A stretch of 64,000 nucleotides of DNA from an uncultured Solirubrobacterales bacterium (GTDB lineage: Bacteria; Actinomycetota; Thermoleophilia; Solirubrobacterales; Solirubrobacteraceae): contig CAVSVJ010000002.1 of NCBI GenBank assembly GCA_963731445.1, positions 232,395-296,394 on the forward strand, read 5' to 3'. The notes beneath the pieces were generated by a model, which was not told the DNA's origin, made no database searches, and was given only the letters and a program-made list of their open reading frames with translations. The stretch's first letter is position 1; each line of letters begins with the position of its first letter. Position numbers and translations under genes: made by a program. Below are positions 8,462-16,657 of the stretch, in pieces.

Positions 8462-8549
8462 GTCCTGAATGTCAAGCGGGGTTGGCGACGGTCCTGGGCG
8501 CCGTCTCTCAGGAGCGATGAGGTGACCCATCGCCGCGCGGCCGGCGGCG

Positions 8550-8825
8550 TCAGTCGCCGTAGTGGTGGCTGCAGGTGAGCAGCAGTTTCTGCCCGGCCGC
8601 GAGCCGCTCGAAGGTGACGCGCAGCTCCTTGGAGGCGGATGCCGACCAGACGCCGGCGAGATCGCCGCGCAGCTCGTGCACGCGCAACCCGGGATGGCGC
8701 TCGTTGGCGTCGAGCAGCGCGAGCGCCTTCAGCAGCCGCCGCCGCTCGGCAGCGGTGAAGCTCTTGCCGGCGAAGGTCTCGAGGAAGGTCTCGGTGAAGG
8801 AGAGCGTCCGGTAGCCCTCGCTCAC
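8550..8825 (-). CDS. RelE/YoeB-superfamily toxin
   Basis: 91 aa with HPGLRVHELRG..WSAS..ELRVTF and a C-terminal CSHHY; overlaps an AbrB gene. Confidence 0.75.
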   Translation of the reverse strand: MSEGYRTLSFTETFLETFAGKSFTAAERRRLLKALALLDANERHPGLRVHELRGDLAGVWSASASKELRVTFERLAAGQKLLLTCSHHYGD

Positions 8826-9112
8826 CGCTCGTCGGCGTCCACGTCGGCGAGCCGGCGCAGCTCGCGCTCGCCGGGCTGGCGCGTGCGACCGTGCGCGGCG
8901 TCCTCGCGCGCCCGGGCCAGCAGAGCCCGGTGCTCGGGCGTGTAGGCCCAGACATCCTCGCGCGGCACGAGCACGGCTGGGCGCAGCAGCAGCTCGCCGC
9001 CGTGAACCTCCGCCTCGAAGTGAGCCTCGCCGGCCAGCCCCAGCTCCCTGCGAGCCTCGGCGGGCACGGTGAGGCGCCCCTGGGCGTTCATCACCACGGC
9101 TGTAGCCTTCAC
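8822..9112 (-). CDS. AbrB/MazE-type antitoxin
   Basis: MNAQGRLTVPAEARRELGL...LLLRP AbrB motif; GTGA overlap with the toxin gene. Confidence 0.8.
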   Translation of the reverse strand: MKATAVVMNAQGRLTVPAEARRELGLAGEAHFEAEVHGGELLLRPAVLVPREDVWAYTPEHRALLARAREDAAHGRTRQPGERELRRLADVDADER

Positions 9113-9205
9113 GCTGTCATTCCTTCAGATCGGCGATTTGACGAATCGACGGAAGAATAGCACGAGCCGCGGCCCTGATCGCGCACTCGACATCGGCACC
9201 CGCTC

Positions 9206-10225
9206 TCACCCGCGCGCATAGCGCCCGGCGAGGTACTGGTCGACCCAGGCGCGGGTGCTGCGCCAGGTGCCGTCGGGCGCTTTGGAGGCCTGCAGGCGCC
9301 CGCGGGTGGCGGCGACGCGCAGGGCGTTGGCGGAGATCTCGGGCGTGGCGAGGGCGGGGAGCGGGACGAGGCGCGCGGGTCCGGCGACGGCGGGCACAAC
9401 GAAGCGGTGGAGGTTGTCGAGGACCGCGCGCGCGAGGAGCTCGCCGAGGGGAGCGGGGTCGCCGCTGTCGGCGCGGCGCAGGGCGGCGAAGTAGGCGGCA
9501 CGCTGGCGCTTGTAGACGATGGCGGGCGGGTAGCCGAGGCGGACGAGCAGGAGGTTCAGCACCAGGCGGCCGGCGCGGCCGTTGCCGTCGAGGAAGGGGT
9601 GGATCTGCTCGAAGCGGGCGTGCAGCCGGGCGAGCGCCTCGAGCTCGTGGGTCTGCACGCCGCGCAGCGACTGCGCCTCGGCGATCCAGGCGCTGAGGAG
9701 CACGGGCACTTCGGGCCACGGTGGGGGGCGCATACCGCCGGGGAAGGCGTGGATGTCGTGCTCGCGGAAGGAGCCCGGACGCTCGCGCGCGCTCGCGCTG
9801 GGGTGGGGCTCCACGTCCCACGCGGGCGCCAGGGCGAGGCGGTGGATCTGGCGCAGCTCGGTCAGCGAGATCAGCTCGCCGCTTGACCATTCCTCGGCCT
9901 GGATGCCCTGCCCGTACACCCAGCTGGCGGCGTCGGCGTAGCCGCGCACCTCCATGTACTCGCGCAGCTCCTTGTTGCCGACGGCGCGGCCCTCCGCCAG
10001 CAGCTGCTCGACCTGGCGCAGCACGAGCGTGTTCCCCTCGATGGCGGTGGAGTGATGCGCCTCCTCGAACCAGATGCCCCGCCAGATCCCGGAGGCCTGC
10101 GCCGGCGAGGGCAGCCCCCCCAGCCGCTCGCGCAGCTCGCCGATCTGCACCCGCAGCCGCTCGTACACCGCGGCCCGCGACGGACGCCCCCGCACGCCCC
10201 CGCTTGGTTTGTTCGGTTGCATCAC
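9206..10225 (-). CDS. Fic-domain protein with a C-terminal HTH-like extension
   Basis: Canonical HPFLDGNGRAGR motif and the inhibitory-type STAIEGN motif. Confidence 0.9.
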   Translation of the reverse strand: MMQPNKPSGGVRGRPSRAAVYERLRVQIGELRERLGGLPSPAQASGIWRGIWFEEAHHSTAIEGNTLVLRQVEQLLAEGRAVGNKELREYMEVRGYADAASWVYGQGIQAEEWSSGELISLTELRQIHRLALAPAWDVEPHPSASARERPGSFREHDIHAFPGGMRPPPWPEVPVLLSAWIAEAQSLRGVQTHELEALARLHARFEQIHPFLDGNGRAGRLVLNLLLVRLGYPPAIVYKRQRAAYFAALRRADSGDPAPLGELLARAVLDNLHRFVVPAVAGPARLVPLPALATPEISANALRVAATRGRLQASKAPDGTWRSTRAWVDQYLAGRYARG

Positions 10226-10349
10226 ATCTCAATTGTACCGAACACTTTCTATTTTGTGCGGTTCACGCCCTACAAAAAGAACCGAACAGGAGACCGTTTG
10301 GCCGAGGGCGGCAGGAGCAGAGCTGGGCCACGCTGCGGCCCGGAGACGG

Positions 10350-10769
10350 TCACGTACGTCGCTCCAGCTGTTTGACCCGCACGCCCTCCTGGCCGGCGAC
10401 GGCGATGAGCGGCGCATCGGCGGTGGCGAGCACATCCGGCTCCTTGGCGGCGGCGAGCAGGACGCAGTCGGCGAGCGAGACAGGGGCCTTGGTGCGGTGG
10501 TAGCGACGGGCGCGGATGTCGGCCGCACGCCGTGCCATCGGCTCGTCCACCGCCAGCAACTTGACGCTCTCCTGCAGGAGCGGGGCGATGATCGCGTCCT
10601 GGCGCTCGCGGGAGACTCCGTGCAGGCGCTGGAGGACGTCGAGCGCCTCGGCGAGGTTGATCGTGGGCATCGCGGCCTCGCCGCGGCGCAGGATCGCCTC
10701 GACCTCCCCAGCCGCCGGCTCCTCGCGGAGCAGGGCGATCAGCGCGAAGGCGTCGAGCAGGACGCTCAC
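10350..10769 (-). CDS. vapC: PIN-domain VapC toxin
   Basis: VLLDAFAL...INLAE...SLADC...LATAD PIN signature. Confidence 0.85.
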   Translation of the reverse strand: MSVLLDAFALIALLREEPAAGEVEAILRRGEAAMPTINLAEALDVLQRLHGVSRERQDAIIAPLLQESVKLLAVDEPMARRAADIRARRYHRTKAPVSLADCVLLAAAKEPDVLATADAPLIAVAGQEGVRVKQLERRT

Positions 10770-11017
10770 GAGCCGGTGAGGCGGCGCTCTTCGGCGGTGG
10801 CCTCGGCGGCGCGCGCCTGCGTCCGCAGCTGCTCGCTGCTCACATCCACCTCGCCGGCGAGCGCGCCGCGCGCGGCGGCGATAGGATCCTCGGGCGCCGG
10901 TGTCAGGACGATCCGGTCGCCGAGGTCCTCGAGCGCCAGCTTGGAGGTGCCCCAGCGTCTGCGGATGCTCGACGGTATGGAGATCTGCCCGCCGCTTGTT
11001 ACATGAGCAATCTTCAT
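10766..11017 (-). CDS. vapB: AbrB-type VapB antitoxin (probably leaderless)
   Basis: MKIAHVTSGGQISIPSSIRRRWG; TAGGCT -10 at 11031-11026; overlaps the vapC start. Confidence 0.8.
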   Translation of the reverse strand: MKIAHVTSGGQISIPSSIRRRWGTSKLALEDLGDRIVLTPAPEDPIAAARGALAGEVDVSSEQLRTQARAAEATAEERRLTGS

Positions 11018-11026
11018 GATCATGAA
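11013..11026. promoter_or_regulatory. Perfect palindrome TTCATGATCATGAA, likely VapBC autoregulatory operator
   Basis: 14-bp palindrome spanning the -10/start region, with a further ATCATGAA half-site at about 11031-11038. Confidence 0.55.
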
Positions 11027-11200
11027 GCCTATCATGAAATATGGCTCACACGACAGGACTAGCCCCTGGGCGTTCATCACCGCGCTCGGACCGGAGAAGA
11101 TGGATCTGGTCTGCCGAGCGCTTGCGCTGGCGACGAGTTGCTGAGCCGGGAAGCCTGGCCGGCGACGGGGCCTGGCCGGTTTGAGTTCCTGGGTTCAGCT

Positions 11201-11475
11201 GCGGTGCGAAAGCGCGCGGTGCGGGAGCACGCGGTGCGAAAGCACGGTGCGAAAGCACGCGGTGCGGGAACACGCGGTGCGAAAGCACGGTGCGAAAGCA
11301 CGCGGTGCGGGAACACGCGGCGCGAAAGCACGCGGTGCGGAAGCGCGGTGCGAAAGCACGCGGTGCGGGAACACGCAGCGAAAGCACGCGGTGCGGAAGC
11401 GCGGTACGGGAACACGCGGTGCGAAAGCGCGGTGCCGGAACACGCGGTGCGAAAGCACGCGGTGCGGGGAAGCGC
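11201..11475. repeat. Tandem array of about 19 units of 13-15 bp, consensus GCGGTGCGRRARCAC
   Basis: Units read directly; GTGCGAAAGCAC and GTGCGGGAACAC variants alternate; no spacers. Confidence 0.9.
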
Positions 11476-11502
11476 GTCTCCCGTGCAGGGAATTTCTGGC
11501 GT

Positions 11503-11838
11503 GAGGGGACCAGCTACGCCACCAGGCTGGCGAAGGAACAGTTCGTTCTTGGCTTGCCGGCAAAGCTGGCGCCATATCGGGCGGTCTCGGTTTGACCCGC
11601 GATAACGGTGACGACCAGGGCCGCCGGTTGCTGACCGCGGCGATGCATCACTTCCACGGTGCGGACCAACCACTGCGCGAGAGCGCTCTCAGGAGAAGCT
11701 CGGGCCGATGCCAGCTATGACCTCACGACTCGAGTTGTCGTGGGTCAAACCGGAACCGCTGGCATAAGGGCACGTCGTGCCGGCAAGCCAAGAACGAGAT
11801 GGGCTAATCGTCAGCCTGGTGGCGTAGCTGGTCCCCTC
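11503..11838. repeat. 336-bp fold-back (MITE-like or structured RNA) with long imperfect inverted arms
   Basis: 11503-11533 pairs with 11808-11838 (30/31), 11543-11562 with 11778-11797 (20/20), and 11588-11598 with 11742-11752 (11/11). Confidence 0.75.
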
Positions 11839-12001
11839 GTCCACCGCCAGCAGTTCGACCCACCGCCAGCAGCTTGACGCTCTCCTGCAAGAGCGAGGCG
11901 ACGCTCCTCAGCGGCGGCCTCAGCGACGCTCCTCAGCGGCGGCCCGCCGGGGGCGGGAGACAAGCCCTGGTGGTGCAGCACGGTGCTACACTCGCCTGAC
12001 G

Positions 12002-12283
12002 ATGCCGACGACCCGCCCGCGCCACACGATCACGGAGACGCCTCCGATCCACGAGGCGCTTGACGAGTTGCGCAGCACGCTGGGGAGCGAGCGGATCGAC
12101 TTCGGCGAGCTGGTGATCCTGGGCGCGCGTGCGAAGGCGCGGGAGCTGCGCGAGGAGGGCGCGGCCGCGCGCGAGGCGCGGGAGTGGCTGCTGCGCGAGG
12201 TGCGCGAGGGCACGACGCCCGTGGACATCGAAGCAGCCGACGAGGTCAAGCACCTCGGGCTGATCGCCGCCTACGACGAGTAG
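12002..12283 (+). CDS. Putative antitoxin (leaderless) paired with the downstream VapC
   Basis: 93 aa directly before a PIN gene; extended -10 TGcTACACT at 11984-11992. Confidence 0.7.
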   Translation: MPTTRPRHTITETPPIHEALDELRSTLGSERIDFGELVILGARAKARELREEGAAAREAREWLLREVREGTTPVDIEAADEVKHLGLIAAYDE

Positions 12284-12285
12284 CG

Positions 12286-12693
12286 ATGCTGCTGCTGGAC
12301 AACTCGGCGTGGTCGCGGCGCAGGCTGCCCGCGGTGCAGAAATCCATGGAAGCCGCGATGGAGTCATCGCAGCTCGGCGTGTGCCTACCGTTCCTGCTGG
12401 AGGCCGGCTACTCGGCCCGCTCGGCCTCCGATCACGCGAGCATCGCCTCGCGCCTGGCGCTGCTGCCACGAGTCGAGATCACGCCGCGGATCGAAAGCCT
12501 CGCGCTGAGCGCTCAACGCGAGCTCGCGCGAGCGGGCCACCATCGCCTGGCGCCGGCTGACGTGATCATCGCGGCCTGCGCCCATGACGCCGAGGCCGGC
12601 GTGCTGCACTGCGACGGCGACTACGACCTGCTGCGCAAGCACACCTCGCTGCGCTTCGAGAGCGTGTGGGCGGCCAAACGGGGCACGCTCTGA
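12286..12693 (+). CDS. vapC: PIN-domain VapC toxin
   Basis: MLLLDNSAW...LLEAGYSAR...ADVIIAACA...VLHCDGDY. Confidence 0.85.
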   Translation: MLLLDNSAWSRRRLPAVQKSMEAAMESSQLGVCLPFLLEAGYSARSASDHASIASRLALLPRVEITPRIESLALSAQRELARAGHHRLAPADVIIAACAHDAEAGVLHCDGDYDLLRKHTSLRFESVWAAKRGTL

Positions 12694-12725
12694 AGCATCA
12701 GAGCATCACTTGATATGATGTGCTG

Positions 12726-12980
12726 ATGCGCACAACGCTGACGATCGACTCCGATGTCCGTGTGCTGCTGGAGCGGCGGATGCGCGAGCGCGGCCTGACC
12801 TTCAAGGATGCCGTGAACGGCGCGCTGCGCGAAGGGCTCGGGCCGCGTGGCGATGGCCAGAGCTTCCAGACGCCGGTGTTCGACCTGGGCAGACCGCGGG
12901 TGCCGCTGGAGAAGGCGCTGCGCTTGGCGGGCGAGCTGGAGGACGAGGAGCTGCTGCGCCGCCTGGCCGTGCGCAAGTAG
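12726..12980 (+). CDS. vapB: VapB (RHH/CopG-like) antitoxin, leaderless
   Basis: MRTTLTIDSDV...FKDAVNGALREGL; TATGAT -10 at 12714-12719; GCATCA/TGATG inverted half-sites around the promoter. Confidence 0.85.
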   Translation: MRTTLTIDSDVRVLLERRMRERGLTFKDAVNGALREGLGPRGDGQSFQTPVFDLGRPRVPLEKALRLAGELEDEELLRRLAVRK

Positions 12981-12984
12981 CGCC

Positions 12985-13410
12985 ATGCAGATCGTCGACG
13001 CCAACGTCCTGCTGTACGCCATCAACAGAGAGTCCCCCAACCACGAAGCCGCGAGAGGCTGGCTGGATGACGCCCTGGGGGGCGCCCAGACCGTCGGCTT
13101 CCCCTGGATCGTGCTGCTTGCCTTCCTGAGGTTGAGCACGCAGCCGGCGATATTTCCCACCCCGCTTGAGCCCGAGGTCGCCACGGGCGTAATCGAGCGG
13201 TGGCTGGCGCAGCCAGGAGCCGTGATCGTCCAGGCCGGCGTGCGGCACCTCACGCTGCTCACCAGGCTGATCGGCGAGGTCGGAGCTGCGGCCAACCTCG
13301 TCAACGACGCCCATCTCGCCGCGCTGGCGCTCGAGCAGGACGCCGAGATCGTCTCCTTCGACGGCGACTTCACTCGCTTCAGCGGCGTGCGCCGCCACCG
13401 GCCCGCCTGA
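12985..13410 (+). CDS. vapC: PIN-domain VapC toxin (mycobacterial type)
   Basis: IVDANVLLYA...FLRLST...NLVNDAHLAALA...SFDGDF. Confidence 0.9.
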   Translation: MQIVDANVLLYAINRESPNHEAARGWLDDALGGAQTVGFPWIVLLAFLRLSTQPAIFPTPLEPEVATGVIERWLAQPGAVIVQAGVRHLTLLTRLIGEVGAAANLVNDAHLAALALEQDAEIVSFDGDFTRFSGVRRHRPA

Positions 13411-13603
13411 GCCGGCAAGTTCACCCGCGCGTGTAACGTCCCGCGATGTGGCTCGGCGGAGGTATATCGAGCCCGACTCCCCACATCGATACAATTCCTA
13501 GCGCAGAGCACGGGATTGCAAACCGCCACCCTCTCCGGGGTGGCGCAGCCGGCCGGAGGCCGGCGAGCCGAGCCCCCGGACATCCCCAGACCTTAGGAGC
13601 GAC

Positions 13604-15004
13604 ATGGCCGCGACAGACAGCACGAGGATCACCAAGCCGAGCCCGATCGTGGAGGACGAGCAGGGGCAGCTGCGCGCGCGCCAGGGCATCTCGCGCGAGG
13701 TGATCAGCGAGCTGTCGAAGATCAAGGGGGAGCCGGCGTGGATGGCGGAGAAGCGGGTGAAGGCGCTGGAGATCTTCGAACGCAAGCCGATCCCGACGTG
13801 GGGACCGGACCTGAGCGGGTTGAACCTGGACGACCTCGTGCTGTACTCGCCGCCGACGGCGGGTCGCTTCGACAGCTGGGACGACGTGCCGGAGGAGATG
13901 AAGAAGACGTACGAGGACCTGGGCATCCCGCAGGCCGAGCGCGAGCACCTGGCGGGCGTGGTGGGCGTGTGGCGCCAGGAGCCGGTGTACGAGGGTCTGA
14001 AGGAGGAGTACGCCAAGCAGGGCATCCTGTTCTGCTCGATGGACACGGCCGTCACCGAGTACCCGGATCTGGTCAAGAAGTACTTCATGAACAAGTGCGT
14101 GCCGCCGCAGGACAACAAGTTCAGCGCGCTGCACGGAGCGGTGTGGAGCGGCGGGGCCTTCTGCTACATCCCCAAGGGCGTGAAGTGCGATCTGCCCCTG
14201 CAGAGCTACTTCCGTATGGAGGGCGCGGGTGAGGGCACCTTCGAGCACACCCTGATCGTCGCCGACGAAGGCGCGGAGGTGAACTACATCGAGGGCTGCA
14301 CGGCGCAGACGTACAGCGTGAACTCGATGCACAGCGCGGTCGTTGAGATCTTCGTGCACGAGGGCGCAAAGGCGCGCTACACGACGGTGCAGAACTGGAG
14401 CAAGGATGTCTACAACCTGAACACGAAGCGCGCGGTAGTGGACGCAAAGGGCACGGTGGAGTGGGTGGGCGGCTCGATGGGAGCGAAGTACGTGATGCTC
14501 TACCCCGGCTCGTTCCTGATGGGCGAGGGCGCGCGCGCGGATCACCTGAACGTGGGCGTGGCCGGAAAGGGCGTGCACAAGGACACGGGCGCGAAGGTGG
14601 TGCACCTGGCGCCGAACACGACCTCGAACATCCTGGCGAAGTCGATCAGCAAGGACGGCGGCATCATGGGCTACCGCGGCCTCGTGCGCATGGGCCACAA
14701 CAGCGCGGGCTCAAAGGCGCGCGTGCAGTGCGACGGCCTGATGATGGACGGCGAATCGCGCAGCGACACGTGGCCGGACATCCAGATCCAGAACCCGCAC
14801 GTGACGGTCGCCCACGAGGCGACGGTGGGCAGGATCAGCGACGACCAGCTCTTCTACATGGGCAGCCGCGGCTTCACGGAGGACGAGGCGGCGGCGATGA
14901 TCGTCAACGGCTTCATCGAGCCGGTCACGAAGGAGCTGCCGATGGAGTACGCGGTGGAGCTAAACCGCCTCATCCAGCTAGAGATGGTCGGCAGCATCGG
15001 CTAG
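13604..15004 (+). CDS. sufB: Fe-S cluster assembly protein SufB
   Basis: DNKFSALHGAVWSG, FEHTLIV, YIEGCTA, HSAVVE, TVQNWS, HEATVG, IVNGF motifs; RBS AGGAG. Confidence 0.93.
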   Translation: MAATDSTRITKPSPIVEDEQGQLRARQGISREVISELSKIKGEPAWMAEKRVKALEIFERKPIPTWGPDLSGLNLDDLVLYSPPTAGRFDSWDDVPEEMKKTYEDLGIPQAEREHLAGVVGVWRQEPVYEGLKEEYAKQGILFCSMDTAVTEYPDLVKKYFMNKCVPPQDNKFSALHGAVWSGGAFCYIPKGVKCDLPLQSYFRMEGAGEGTFEHTLIVADEGAEVNYIEGCTAQTYSVNSMHSAVVEIFVHEGAKARYTTVQNWSKDVYNLNTKRAVVDAKGTVEWVGGSMGAKYVMLYPGSFLMGEGARADHLNVGVAGKGVHKDTGAKVVHLAPNTTSNILAKSISKDGGIMGYRGLVRMGHNSAGSKARVQCDGLMMDGESRSDTWPDIQIQNPHVTVAHEATVGRISDDQLFYMGSRGFTEDEAAAMIVNGFIEPVTKELPMEYAVELNRLIQLEMVGSIG

Positions 15005-15014
15005 CACCGCGGTC

Positions 15015-15629
15015 TTGCGCGCCCCTGTAGACACCATCGCCGCGCCACCGTTCCTGGCGCATCTGAAGTGGGTGAACGTGCCGAGGGTGCGCATGGACAA
15101 GCTGCATGGGCGGCCCGTGCTGATCGAGTTCTGGGACTTCTGCCGCTCCTACTCGCTGAACACGCTCCCCTACATGAAGGCTTGGCACGAGCGCTACGAG
15201 TCCGACGGCCTGCAGGTGGTGGGCATCCACTCCCCCGGCTATGAGCGCTCGCGCGAGCGCGGCGCGGTGGAAGCGGCCGTCGAACGCCTTGGGATCACCT
15301 ACCCGGTGCTGCTGGACCCGGACCTCGAGATGTGGCGGGAGTACGAAAACAGGGGGTGGCCGGCGCGCTACCTGTTCGATGGCAAGGGCATGCTGTTCGA
15401 CTACCACTACGGCGAAGGCGCGTATGTCGAGACGGAGCTGGCGATCCAGGAGCTGCTGGGTGTGCAACGCGAGCCGCTGCGTCCACAGGAAACCGTCAGC
15501 GTGTCGCTTGCGCCAAGCGCCTACGTGACGACGGCCGGAACAAGCTCCGCGGCCTCGCGATCGGAGAGCAGCCGCAGCAGCTCCGGCGGTCCGTCGTCAT
15601 CGACGAGGACGGCGCCGCCGGGCCAGTAG
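15015..15629 (+). CDS. Redoxin/TlpA-like (DipZ C-terminal type) thioredoxin-fold protein
   Basis: VLIEFWDFC, VVGIHSP, WPARYL, HYGEGAY. The 3' end overlaps the convergent gene, so the real end is uncertain. Confidence 0.7.
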   Translation: MRAPVDTIAAPPFLAHLKWVNVPRVRMDKLHGRPVLIEFWDFCRSYSLNTLPYMKAWHERYESDGLQVVGIHSPGYERSRERGAVEAAVERLGITYPVLLDPDLEMWREYENRGWPARYLFDGKGMLFDYHYGEGAYVETELAIQELLGVQREPLRPQETVSVSLAPSAYVTTAGTSSAASRSESSRSSSGGPSSSTRTAPPGQ

Positions 15630-16654
15630 GGGTTGGCGGCGGCCTGTCCGTTGAGGAAGTAGGAGTCATAGGTCCAGCAGCCGGTGTTGTGCAGGCGGGC
15701 GCCACCGGGCGCGCGCCACTCGCTGGGATCGTCGGGCGGCAATGGCCCCGTGCGGTGGGTGTGGCCGAAGATGACGTGATCGGCCTCCTCCCCCACACCG
15801 AGCCGGCCGACGACCTCGCCCATGGCCGCAAGGGCGGCGCGGCGCAGGGCGGGCCCGGAGATGTCTGACTGCAAGGGACCGAGGCCGGCGCGATTCAAGG
15901 CGGCGACGGCCAGCGGGAAGGCGCCGGCGAGGGCGCGGTTGCGCAGCATGGTGCGCCTGCGGCTGGGGCGGTAGTCGCGGTCGCCGCCGAGGGTGCGCCA
16001 GGCGCGCACGGTGCCCTGGCCGTTGAGCGCACCTCCCGTGCGCGACTGCTGGGCCATGGCGTCGATCCAGGCGTAGATGGGGCTGGTGAGGGCCTCGTAG
16101 TCGTCGGGCGTGGCGAGCGCGGTGACGGAGCGGCGCTGCAGGCGCCCGACGGCGCCGATGCCCAGGCGCTCCATGGTGGGGATGCGCATGTGGCAGTCGA
16201 GGTGGTGCCCGTGGGTGGCGTAGACGTCCTCGCGCACCCACAGGCCGGGGTAGGCGGCGGATACGCGCGCGGGCGCGGCCCACTCGGCGAGCTTGGCAAG
16301 CATCGGCGAGGCTTCGGCGGCGCTGAAGCGCTCTTCCAGGCGCAGCGGCTCGGGCAGCGAGAGCTCGCCGCGGCGCGCGAGCCAGGGCTCGACGAGCGCG
16401 TGGTCGTGGTTGCCGGCGAGCACGATGACCTCGCGCCCCGCGAAGGTGTGCCCGAGGGCTTCGAAGAAGGGCTGCGCGGCGGCCATGGCGCTGCGGCGGG
16501 GACCGTGGCGCAACTCAAGGAGATCGCCGAGGATGACGAGGCGCTCGACGTCCTCGAGCGCGTCGAGCAGCGCGCGGCGCGGCGCGAGGTGGCGCAGGAC
16601 GTCGACGCGCGTGGCGCTGCCGAGGTGCAGGTCTGAGACGATGAGGGTACGCAA
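15521..16654 (-). CDS. Calcineurin-like metallophosphoesterase
   Basis: SDLH, GD, GNHD, HGH and FGHTH motifs. Confidence 0.88.
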   Translation of the reverse strand: MRTLIVSDLHLGSATRVDVLRHLAPRRALLDALEDVERLVILGDLLELRHGPRRSAMAAAQPFFEALGHTFAGREVIVLAGNHDHALVEPWLARRGELSLPEPLRLEERFSAAEASPMLAKLAEWAAPARVSAAYPGLWVREDVYATHGHHLDCHMRIPTMERLGIGAVGRLQRRSVTALATPDDYEALTSPIYAWIDAMAQQSRTGGALNGQGTVRAWRTLGGDRDYRPSRRRTMLRNRALAGAFPLAVAALNRAGLGPLQSDISGPALRRAALAAMGEVVGRLGVGEEADHVIFGHTHRTGPLPPDDPSEWRAPGGARLHNTGCWTYDSYFLNGQAAANPYWPGGAVLVDDDGPPELLRLLSDREAAELVPAVVT

Positions 16655-16657
16655 CTG

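Noticed and set aside
11201..11475. CRISPR array, or a repeat protein from the overlapping ORFs at 11046-11673
   Set aside because: There are no unique spacers, the units are too short and no cas genes are present. ORFs appear in almost every frame only because the repeat lacks stop codons.
8550..13410. Integron cassette array explaining the TA cluster
   Set aside because: No intI, the genes face both ways, and no repeated attC-type RYYYAAC...GTTRRRY sites were found between genes.
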